The position numbers and the translations under genes are program-made. From Candidatus Latescibacterota bacterium (GTDB lineage: Bacteria > Latescibacterota > UBA2968), in the NCBI GenBank assembly GCA_965204375.1, contig OZ241986.1, positions 4,032,001 to 4,096,000 of the forward strand: a stretch of DNA of 64,000 bases, in the 5' to 3' direction. The notes below the pieces were generated by a model. The model was not told where the DNA came from, did no database searches, and saw nothing but the letters and a program-made list of their open reading frames with translations. Below are positions 16,922-24,938 of this stretch, piece by piece. Numbering within the stretch: position 1 is the first letter of the stretch; each line of letters starts with the position of its first letter.

Positions 16922-18151
16922 TTATCCTTTCCCTTTTTTTCCCAACAGTATCCGTCCAGTGCTTACGGTGTAGAGTATGCTATCAATTCCATTCGGTCTT
17001 TCGTCTCGATATACGCCTCTTTTGGCTTTCCATTCCGTGATTGCCAGTGCCGCACCTAGCATATTTAGCTCTGCTGTTTGTACGTTACCGTATATCTGAT
17101 TAGGTTGTTCCTCTTCTCCATCCCGAATGCCGTTTCCCTCTTTTTTCACATCCTTTGGTCTGTATTGCGTTTCTACTTTTACCATTCCACCTATCTGGTC
17201 GTTGTTATCGCCTTCTATATCCAGCCCTAACCCAACACTTATATGTAGCACTCCCATTTCGTTGCATTTATTTTGCATCTTTCTCCTGCTGTTCAGACAG
17301 TCCACCGCAATAAAGACAGTTGTGCATTTCGCCAAACATTTCAGCGTCTCATCATCTATTCGCTTCTCATGTACGTATATCCCTTCTTCCCGCACTGCCG
17401 CATACCGTTCTCGATGCCATTCTACCTTACTCTTCCCACTCCCAAGTTCCTCTATCCTTGCTGCTCCTGCTATTCTGAACGCGTTGTGTTGTTCCAAAAC
17501 GTCGTCATCATACAAGTATAGCTCTTTAATGTTTGTTTTGGCTAGTATGTCAACGAGGTACGACCCACTTCCTCCTACTCCTATCACCGCCACTACCTCG
17601 TCCTCTATTCTCTGTTCTATTCCTCTTAACCCGTTCCGATACGCGTTTGTATCTACGTATTTGAACCTTGTCTTTGATTCGACCTCTGGATCTCCACCTG
17701 CTCTTGCCGCCTCCAAGATTCCCGGGCGTTTGGCTTCTGCTTCGCCTCCAACTTCTTCCACATAAGTTTCTATTTTTTCTTGGTAGTCTCTGTACCCACG
17801 ACTGCCTCCTTCACTCTTTGGTTTTCTTGACCACTGCATGTATACCATGATTCCTTCTCCTAAGTCTTGTCCTCTGGCCCAATTTCCACAGCTCAAGTAT
17901 GGCTCCATACTCTCCCCGCTTGCCGTGTGTGGTGTTTCACCTGTCCACCACACTGTATGATCGCCCGGAGGTCTGGTCTTATCACCCGCAAGTTCCAGAC
18001 TCGTTACAATATCTCCATTACCAATATCTCCATTTTGCTTTACGTACGGTATCCCCTTTACTAGCAGGTAGGCCCCGCGTATTTCTACGCGGTAGCCTGC
18101 CTCTACTAGTGCGGATAGGTCGTTGTTATGACTTATCGGTGAATTTGACAT
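16922..18151 (-). CDS. DUF6791 (E2-like) + ThiF/E1-like adenylyltransferase
   Basis: N-terminal DL..L...GY.VEI...YLLV..IPYV, DHTVWWTGETP; C-terminal VIGVGGSGS, DDD.LEQHN.FR, FIAVD, NVQTAELN. Confidence 0.85.
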   Translation of the reverse strand: MSNSPISHNNDLSALVEAGYRVEIRGAYLLVKGIPYVKQNGDIGNGDIVTSLELAGDKTRPPGDHTVWWTGETPHTASGESMEPYLSCGNWARGQDLGEGIMVYMQWSRKPKSEGGSRGYRDYQEKIETYVEEVGGEAEAKRPGILEAARAGGDPEVESKTRFKYVDTNAYRNGLRGIEQRIEDEVVAVIGVGGSGSYLVDILAKTNIKELYLYDDDVLEQHNAFRIAGAARIEELGSGKSKVEWHRERYAAVREEGIYVHEKRIDDETLKCLAKCTTVFIAVDCLNSRRKMQNKCNEMGVLHISVGLGLDIEGDNNDQIGGMVKVETQYRPKDVKKEGNGIRDGEEEQPNQIYGNVQTAELNMLGAALAITEWKAKRGVYRDERPNGIDSILYTVSTGRILLGKKGKG

Positions 18152-18374
18152 TGAATCTCATCCCCTCCATAATTTTTGTTTCCTCCCCTTCCTTGAGAAT
18201 CCCTTCTTTCTCTCCTCTCGGTCCGTCCGTCCAAGTTACGTCATATTCGTACAGTGGTCCATGCTTTCCATCCGGGTACGCTAAATTTACTACCTTGTCA
18301 TAGCTAATTTTCTCCTCTTGGGCCTCGTACTTACGTCCTCTGACGTAGATCAAGATTTTTCTTCCTGCGCTCAT
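18126..18374 (-). CDS. Multi-ubiquitin-family beta-grasp (ubiquitin-like) protein
   Basis: I.V.GR......ISY..VV.LAY...YDVTW..GP....G.L..GE..KI.EGM.FNV..TDKS; overlaps the E1 gene by 26 nt. Confidence 0.8.
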   Translation of the reverse strand: MSAGRKILIYVRGRKYEAQEEKISYDKVVNLAYPDGKHGPLYEYDVTWTDGPRGEKEGILKEGEETKIMEGMRFNVKFTDKS

Positions 18375-18697
18375 ATCCTGCTCCTTTGTAAGTTATATTC
18401 GACTGATCGTGCCATTTTTAAAACTCCTCATGGTTTAGGGTTTAGCAAGTACCCCACTTCTGTTCCCAGGCTGGGGCACCGACGACTATGCCCGGCTGCG
18501 CCTCACCGCAGCATATAACCATTAGCCACTACTTCGCGTGTCACTTAGGCGCGGAATATGTAGCCGATGATCTACCGCTTCTTACGATTGGCTATCAACT
18601 CAACTCCTTGTGAGATATCGGAGAAGATTTTTGTTGACTTCCGGGATCAGGCGTTCTATCGTAAACTATATAGCTGGGATAGCATTTCATTCCTGAC

Positions 18698-18769
18698 TGG
18701 CGACCCGCCTCCACACTGGAGATTTCCCGCCGCCACGGAGTCTCCGAACTCCGCAGCAGCGATTCGCCA
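18698..18769 (-). ncRNA. Candidate structured RNA (three-stem junction) upstream of the Ubl operon
   Basis: P1 tggcga/tcgcca; 14-bp P2 cgctgctgcggagt/actccgtggcggcg, fully paired only on the minus strand (3 G-U pairs); P3 ctcca/tggag. Confidence 0.45.
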
Positions 18770-18774
18770 AGATT

Positions 18775-18798
18775 GAGGGGGCATGGCAGTGCCCCCTC
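18775..18798. terminator. GC-rich hairpin after the IrrE-like gene
   Basis: gagggggca-tggcag-tgccccctc; no clear U-tract on the minus strand. Confidence 0.4.
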
Positions 18799-18810
18799 TT
18801 CTCGTTTGCT

Positions 18811-19395
18811 TCAATTCATCATGTTCAGCCCCCTCAACCTCGCCCGTACGAATGCCGGAGTCACTTTGAAGATGGTCGATAATATCTCATGAATGCGATA
18901 GATAGAGAGTGCCTTTCTGACCGCTGGCTCTGGCATGAGCAAACCGCCAGCAAACCGATGCGCCTGCCATTCGGGATTCCTGTAGATGGGGATCTCAGTG
19001 TCGGGCAGTCGATGCAGTATCCCATCGTTTTTGGCCTGCTCCGATATAATCTTCTGCCGTCGCCGCCGAAACTCTGGTATGTGTAAAATCGCGTGACCGA
19101 TTTCGTGCGCCACGGTCGAACGGTAATAGGACACAGCGGTGGGATCGTCCGCGAGTTCAGCCGACACTACGCAGACTTTATTTTCCGAGTCAGTATAACC
19201 CTGGATTCCACGTTTTTCAAGGGGCTGGTAATCCGACTCAATACCTAGTTGGGGAAGTAAAAACTCAAAGATGGACTCCACGTCCACGACCTGCGGTTTC
19301 TTGATGGCCGCGGGCTGGCAGTAGCCCAGAACACACTGTGCAATTTTGTCGATCTCTTGGCCGCTGCGGGCCCGATCTGGAACTAATTTTCGCAT
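18811..19395 (-). CDS. ImmA/IrrE-family metallopeptidase
   Basis: RSTVAHEIGHAILH (HExxH), PEWQAHRFAGGLLMP, FKVT..FVRARL. Confidence 0.9.
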   Translation of the reverse strand: MRKLVPDRARSGQEIDKIAQCVLGYCQPAAIKKPQVVDVESIFEFLLPQLGIESDYQPLEKRGIQGYTDSENKVCVVSAELADDPTAVSYYRSTVAHEIGHAILHIPEFRRRRQKIISEQAKNDGILHRLPDTEIPIYRNPEWQAHRFAGGLLMPEPAVRKALSIYRIHEILSTIFKVTPAFVRARLRGLNMMN

Positions 19396-19778
19396 CGATT
19401 TTGTCTCCTCCGTTCTTGCATCTGGGCGACCGTCTCAAGTAGTTTGTCCAGATCTTCTTCTGACAGACCGTCTGCTCGCATCAACTCCCCGACCATTTGG
19501 GTCATCTTCGGGCTACTATTCCTAATCATCCTCATTAACTTAGTCGGCATTAAACTTCGGACTTCTTCCGCCAGTTTTATCAGTCGGCTGTCCTGAATAC
19601 CCAACTTCTTCTCGATCTTGGCCACTACATTAGGCGATGGCGGTGGTTTGCGACCCTGCTCCACATCCGATAGGTAGCCGATTGACTTGCCTGTGGCCTC
19701 TGCGAGTTCCCGAAGAGTCCGACGTGCTGTCCGGCGTTCGTTCTTGAGGAGTGCGGCAAACTTTTCTATAGTTGACAT
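19383..19778 (-). CDS. XRE-family HTH transcriptional regulator
   Basis: LK.ER....TLRELA...GKS.GYLSDVEQGRKPPP; overlaps the IrrE-like gene. Confidence 0.9.
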   Translation of the reverse strand: MSTIEKFAALLKNERRTARRTLRELAEATGKSIGYLSDVEQGRKPPPSPNVVAKIEKKLGIQDSRLIKLAEEVRSLMPTKLMRMIRNSSPKMTQMVGELMRADGLSEEDLDKLLETVAQMQERRRQNRCEN

Positions 19779-19797
19779 CGCGGCTTCCTCCTTTCGC

Positions 19798-19868
19798 CGC
19801 TATAGGCGTAACATTTTACGCCTTCTATAGCGTAAAAATAAAGTATAAACAAGAGACTAAAAAGTCAA
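19798..19868 (-). promoter_or_regulatory. Sigma70-like promoter and imperfect palindromic operator of the HTH-IrrE operon
   Basis: TTGACT (19868-19863)-N17-TACTTT on the minus strand; inverted repeat cgctataggcgtaa...ttacgccttctatagcg between promoter and RBS. Confidence 0.5.
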
Positions 19869-19898
19869 GCGTTTTTTCACACTCATAGGTCTAATCGC

Positions 19899-21226
19899 GG
19901 TCAAGTCCAAAAAGTTCTGTAAAAAGGTAGCTCCGTGAAATAGGGGTCAGAGATTTTGTTTCAAATACCTCATGTCCAGATAGCGTCTGCCGGTGATCCA
20001 CTCTTCAGACCACTCCATACACAACGCGCCGATCAGACGTTGACAAGCCTCCTGATTCGGGAAGATCTGCACGACATCAGCCCGTCTTTTGATCTCTCGG
20101 TTGAGTCGTTCCAACAGGTTGGTCGTCCGGATGCGTCTTTGATGCTTTTTTGGAAAGTGGAAGCAGGCCAGACAATGGATAATATCCTGGTCTATTTTGT
20201 CCACGACATTGGGCAGTATCTCTTCATAGGTGTCCATCAGTTGCGATAGGCGCTGTTGTGCGGTGTTGTGATCTGGTGCATTGAAAACGTCTTTAAGTGC
20301 CTCGGCGACCTCCCGTTGGTGCTTAGGCGGTGTGATGCCTTTGATATTTCTGTGGAAGTGGGTTTGACAATGCTGCCAAGCGGCCCCCTGAAAGTGTCGT
20401 TTGATGGCGTTTTGTAAGCCTTCGTGGTGGTCAGAGATGACCAGTTGTACGCCCTTTAACCCACGCTTTTTAAGGTCTTTAAACAGATCAGCATACGTGG
20501 CTTCTGTTTCGGAGTGTGCCACATCTATGGATAGGATGTCTCGGTGTCCACTCTCTGCGATCCCAGAAACGATTAAGACGCCCTCAGACGCGACTTGTCC
20601 CCTGCTACGGATGTGGAGATAGGTCGCATCAATGATCAGATAAGGGTATGCCTGGTCAAGGGATCGCTCACGCCATGCGTTTATGTCTGCATCCAGGTCT
20701 TGACAAAGCTGTGAGACCTGGGACTTTGAAAAGGAGGTCCCACACAAGGCTTCTGTGATCTTTGTGACTTTGCGTGTGGAGACCCCTTGTAGATACGCTT
20801 CTTGAAGGGCAAGTATGAGCGCTTTTTCACTGCGTTGAAACCGTGCAAATAACGCACTGCTGAATCGCCCTTCCCGATCTTGGGGCACGCTAAGCTCGAT
20901 ACGGCCTACGCGCGTTTTGACTATCCGAGGTTTATACCCGTTACGGTAGCCTGTTCGCTCGCCAGTTCTTTGATAGGGTTCTGCCTGTAAAAATGATGTG
21001 ATCTCGGCTTCGAGGAACTGCTGGAGGAAGCGTGTCACGGCCTGATTAAGAAAATCAGGGTCATTTAAAAGTGCGAATTGCTCTGGCGCAGCAATTTTAA
21101 TATCTTTGGGGTAAGTCATCGTAGCCTCCAAGGTTAGGGTTTATACTACTTACTCACCCCTATCTTAAGACTTTTCTCGGAGCTACGGTGACTTTTTACA
21201 TTTTACAGAAATATATGGACGCTATC
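19899..21226 (-). mobile_element. Complete IS256-family insertion sequence
   Basis: Imperfect IRs ggtcaagtccaaaaagttctgtaaaa and gatagcgtccatatatttctgtaaaa; exact 8-bp TSD CTAATCGC at 19891-19898 and 21227-21234. Confidence 0.92.
19947..21131 (-). CDS. IS256 (mutator-type) transposase
   Basis: RNGY..R..KTRVG, GVSTRKV, IDATY, ISDHHEGL, QHCQTHF, RTTN.LERLNREIKRR. Confidence 0.95.
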   Translation of the reverse strand: MEATMTYPKDIKIAAPEQFALLNDPDFLNQAVTRFLQQFLEAEITSFLQAEPYQRTGERTGYRNGYKPRIVKTRVGRIELSVPQDREGRFSSALFARFQRSEKALILALQEAYLQGVSTRKVTKITEALCGTSFSKSQVSQLCQDLDADINAWRERSLDQAYPYLIIDATYLHIRSRGQVASEGVLIVSGIAESGHRDILSIDVAHSETEATYADLFKDLKKRGLKGVQLVISDHHEGLQNAIKRHFQGAAWQHCQTHFHRNIKGITPPKHQREVAEALKDVFNAPDHNTAQQRLSQLMDTYEEILPNVVDKIDQDIIHCLACFHFPKKHQRRIRTTNLLERLNREIKRRADVVQIFPNQEACQRLIGALCMEWSEEWITGRRYLDMRYLKQNL

Positions 21227-21406
21227 CTAATCGCTCATTGAGGTGTAATTTTTAATTTAAGCACACCTTCAATTAAAGACCAAATAGTGGCAAAAATCGA
21301 AAAATTGTTGTATTCATTGAAAGAAATAGCTTATCTTGGTTGTCATTGCGGCATGGTTTTAGCCGCAATCCAGTCTGCCAAATAAGAACAAAATGAGGTA
21401 AACAGT

Positions 21407-23587
21407 ATGACTCTTAAAACTCATGATGGAGTACCCTCAATCTCTGGCACCGAGAGCGTAATTAGAGACTATGAAACAGGAGAAGAACAGCGACAGGCCC
21501 AACAATTGCTTGGCTCTCTCGTACAGGCCGATCAGTATGTGGGGGAGGTCTATTCGCTTGGATATGAGACGGCTCTTGTGCAAATTCACGATTTCCACCG
21601 TCGAGAGGTTGGTGGTATTCCAAGTCTTTGCTTTCTCATCGCCACGCGACTTGGTGTGGATGAGGAATTTGACTACACTAAGGAAGATAGTTCGATAATT
21701 CTGCTGCGCGTAATGGATGCCGCACCGCTACCGAATGAGGATGAGGCGACCAGAGTGCGTGTACAGGCTGCACAGCAAGTGCCTGGTCCCACCGAGGGGC
21801 ATTGGGATCGTTCCGACGTGATGGACTTTAATACTGCACAGCTACTAAGTTACGCCGGAGTGCAATGCCGCGTTATTGGGACGTTCTACTTGCAGCCTTC
21901 AGAAGTCGAGAACGATGAAAGGCTACGTCTCCTGTTCGGTGCTGACCTGTCGAACTATTACCCCAACCAAGGGCTAAAGGTTTACAAGCCGAATGGCAAG
22001 GCTTTGCGACAGATTGTGAATTACCGTGAGATCGACAGTAATGGAGTGAACATCGGCGAGGTTCGGTACGCCTCAACCAACCGCGCTTTTCAAGGCATCC
22101 GCGACGTTTCGGTGACAATTGTACCGGAAGATCTGTTAGGACAAAAGAGCGCACTATTCGGGATGACACGAACTGGAAAGTCGAATACGACGAAGATCAT
22201 AGCAGAGGCAGTGTTCAATCTTCGATATAATTCGAATTCGCTGCGGAAGGTGGGGCAGATCATCTTCGATCCGAATGGAGAGTACGCCAATGCTAATGCA
22301 CAAGACTCGGGTGGAGAGGCTCCAAACGCGCTCAAAAATGTATGGCGTGGACGCGAGGAGGGTAATTCCGAGGATGTGATTACTTATGGGATTCTTGGTC
22401 ATCCCAATGATCCCGAACGAGAGTTCATGTTGCTAAACTTCCATGCCGAAGAGAACCTACCTATCGGAAAAGAAATCATTGACGAGGTGTTGCCAGCCCG
22501 AGACTCAAAGTACATCCAAAACTTCCAGCAAGTTCGTTTGCAGCCACTTGAATCAGGAGCAGAATTTGGAGATCGAATTCGCTACGCTCGACAAGTGTTG
22601 GCATATCGTACCTTGCTGGTAAAGTCTGGCTTTATCGCTCCCAACACTATTCAGCCGCGCACTACCCTCCCCAACAACCTCTTCAGCCAAGACCTGATCC
22701 GAGCACTGACGGATAACGAAGACCCCGAATTTGCGTCTGCGGCGCGAACATTCGGAACAGAAATACCGAGTTGGGACCGACTGGCGCAGGCTCTCGAAGC
22801 ACTCCATAGGTTCATAGGGACTAACGATTACAAAAATTTTGAGAATGAATACATTCAAAACTCCTCTTCTGGCGAGGCGTGGGCTGACGGAGACCTAAAA
22901 GCCATATTGGAGATGATTGCACGTCCGAATGGTGCTCAACTCATTAGACAGGCACGGCCTCAGCATACCGAGAGCACTACTACGGACTATGTTGACGATA
23001 TTTATAATGCGTTAGTTGCTGGAAAACTTGTGATCGTGGATCAGTCCAGCGGGGATGAGGCAGTAAACGACGCCTCAGCGCGTCGAATCGTGCAGCGCAT
23101 CTTTGACGGCAATAAGGAGGCGTTCCGGGAAGGACGCTCGACGGAAGAAATACCGGATATTCTCATCTACGCTGAGGAAGCGCACAACCTGCTTCCGTCG
23201 GATCGCGAGACAGATTATCGAGATATATGGGTTCGCACAGCAAAGGAAGGCGCAAAGTACAATCTCGGCTTAATCTACGTCACACAGGAAGTGTCGAGTA
23301 TCCAAAGGAATATTCTAAAGAATACTGCGAACTGGTTTATCGGCCACCTCAATAACACGGATGAAACGCGAGAACTTCGAAAGTTCTATGATTTCGCTGA
23401 CTTTGAGGGATCGATTCTCCGCGCCCAAGATAAAGGCTTTCTCCGCGTCAAAACCATTTCAAATCCTTTCGTGGTCCCCATACAGGTGCAAGAGTTTAAG
23501 TTAGAGCTGGTTAAACCAGAGGCTTCTAAATCACAGACAGAGGTTCCTGAATCACAAACTCAGTTTGGTATAGACTATGCCGTTTGA
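21407..23587 (+). CDS. HerA/FtsK-family ATPase (DUF87)
   Basis: N-terminal HAS-barrel-like region; Walker A GMTRTGKS; IIFDPNGEY; Walker B ILIYAEEAHN; KEGAKY...VTQ. Confidence 0.88.
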   Translation: MTLKTHDGVPSISGTESVIRDYETGEEQRQAQQLLGSLVQADQYVGEVYSLGYETALVQIHDFHRREVGGIPSLCFLIATRLGVDEEFDYTKEDSSIILLRVMDAAPLPNEDEATRVRVQAAQQVPGPTEGHWDRSDVMDFNTAQLLSYAGVQCRVIGTFYLQPSEVENDERLRLLFGADLSNYYPNQGLKVYKPNGKALRQIVNYREIDSNGVNIGEVRYASTNRAFQGIRDVSVTIVPEDLLGQKSALFGMTRTGKSNTTKIIAEAVFNLRYNSNSLRKVGQIIFDPNGEYANANAQDSGGEAPNALKNVWRGREEGNSEDVITYGILGHPNDPEREFMLLNFHAEENLPIGKEIIDEVLPARDSKYIQNFQQVRLQPLESGAEFGDRIRYARQVLAYRTLLVKSGFIAPNTIQPRTTLPNNLFSQDLIRALTDNEDPEFASAARTFGTEIPSWDRLAQALEALHRFIGTNDYKNFENEYIQNSSSGEAWADGDLKAILEMIARPNGAQLIRQARPQHTESTTTDYVDDIYNALVAGKLVIVDQSSGDEAVNDASARRIVQRIFDGNKEAFREGRSTEEIPDILIYAEEAHNLLPSDRETDYRDIWVRTAKEGAKYNLGLIYVTQEVSSIQRNILKNTANWFIGHLNNTDETRELRKFYDFADFEGSILRAQDKGFLRVKTISNPFVVPIQVQEFKLELVKPEASKSQTEVPESQTQFGIDYAV

Positions 23588-24938
23588 AGGCGAATTTGCA
23601 AGTTATAAACCACTCGCACGGATCGCTAATAGCGAGCGCGTTCAGGATATTGTGAGTCGATGTAAGAAACAGGTTCCCGATGAAGGACCAGCAGAGGCAG
23701 AGCTACTTATTGCCGATGTGAAGCCGAGCGACTGGCTACCCGATCTTGTTCTCGCTATAGATGGGAGTCTTCATCCGGTGCCTGTCGAGAATGGGTATCC
23801 TGGGGCAGAACTGGCCTATCTTACTGTTGCCTCGGTTATTATCGATGTAAAAAAACAACGCGAACTGGACCGAAACCGCCCGGTAGATCCGTTGGCAGCG
23901 CGTACAACTGAAGGAGCAGGTAGCATCGACTGTGCGCTTCCCGGTTGCAACGTAGTTGTGGATAATGAACCGACTCCGAACGCTTCATTCCGCCGCGTAT
24001 TCTTTGAGGCCATCCAGGAGAAACGTCCGTTTTCTGACGGAGAGACGCTGCTTGAGACATACGAGGCACTGTTGGCGTACAAACCTTCGGCACGTTTGCA
24101 AGGATGTCCCTATGAGGGTTGCGAGTTTGATTACGATCCTCGCCCAGGTGTGATGAATTGTAAGTGCGAACAGAAACTGAATTGGTACTCAACCGATGCC
24201 CTCCGCATTCACGAGAGATTTAATCCAGCTGGGCCAAATGGAGCAGTTTTTTCTGAGGCAATGCAGGTATGGGAGCGAGTGTGGGTCGTGAACTTCCTTC
24301 GCTGGATTGAGCGTGATCCTCGACGCTTCCGGCTGCTTCGCAACCTCGCCATTATTCTCGATGGACCGCTTGCGGTATTTGGACAACCGGCATGGCTCAG
24401 CCAGGCGATCCGCCGCGAGTTAAAGCGCATCAACGAGGCTGTTCGTAAAGTGATAGATAGCGATATTCTGATCGTCGGCATCGTAAAAAGCGGGGCATTT
24501 GTTGATCACTACGAGATATTAGATACTCCTACACATGGAACAAACGGAAACTCACGATTCAAGCCACAGACAGCAGTACTCCTCACAAACGAATATATCC
24601 GTACCCACATCGCCATCAGTGCTATCGATGATAAGCCGTTTGGTGAGGCCACTTACTTTGGACGAATGTTTTTCTATAAAACCTCTTCAGGTGCTCGAAT
24701 TGTTGCCTCCCTTCCCTTTCTCACTGAGGATGCACGGAACCTATCGAGCGGGGATGTAAGACACTTTCCGCGCCTTGCTGATGCCATGAGCCTGCTTGAT
24801 GCGACCTTCTCAGCACGCTTTCCGAACGCGGTGGCTCCGCTCGTATCAGCCCACGCAGAGGCAGCGATTCCACTTAATCTTGGACGCGAAGTGCTCGAGC
24901 AACTTGCGAAGAAGCTGATGTCCGAGGAAGAATCATGA
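23577..24938 (+). CDS. NurA-family nuclease
   Basis: LAIDGS, ILDGPL, GIVKSG and C-terminal AH.EA motifs; overlaps herA by 11 nt. Confidence 0.8.
   Translation: MPFEGEFASYKPLARIANSERVQDIVSRCKKQVPDEGPAEAELLIADVKPSDWLPDLVLAIDGSLHPVPVENGYPGAELAYLTVASVIIDVKKQRELDRNRPVDPLAARTTEGAGSIDCALPGCNVVVDNEPTPNASFRRVFFEAIQEKRPFSDGETLLETYEALLAYKPSARLQGCPYEGCEFDYDPRPGVMNCKCEQKLNWYSTDALRIHERFNPAGPNGAVFSEAMQVWERVWVVNFLRWIERDPRRFRLLRNLAIILDGPLAVFGQPAWLSQAIRRELKRINEAVRKVIDSDILIVGIVKSGAFVDHYEILDTPTHGTNGNSRFKPQTAVLLTNEYIRTHIAISAIDDKPFGEATYFGRMFFYKTSSGARIVASLPFLTEDARNLSSGDVRHFPRLADAMSLLDATFSARFPNAVAPLVSAHAEAAIPLNLGREVLEQLAKKLMSEEES

Noticed and set aside
16485-18374. Calling the Ubl operon Bil/CBASS or thiamine/molybdopterin biosynthesis
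   Set aside because: No JAB peptidase, CD-NTase or Gly-Gly sulfur carrier, and no cofactor pathway genes nearby.
21407-24938. Housekeeping archaeal-type HerA-NurA repair locus
   Set aside because: No mre11/rad50, island context and a coupled MTase; not fully excluded.
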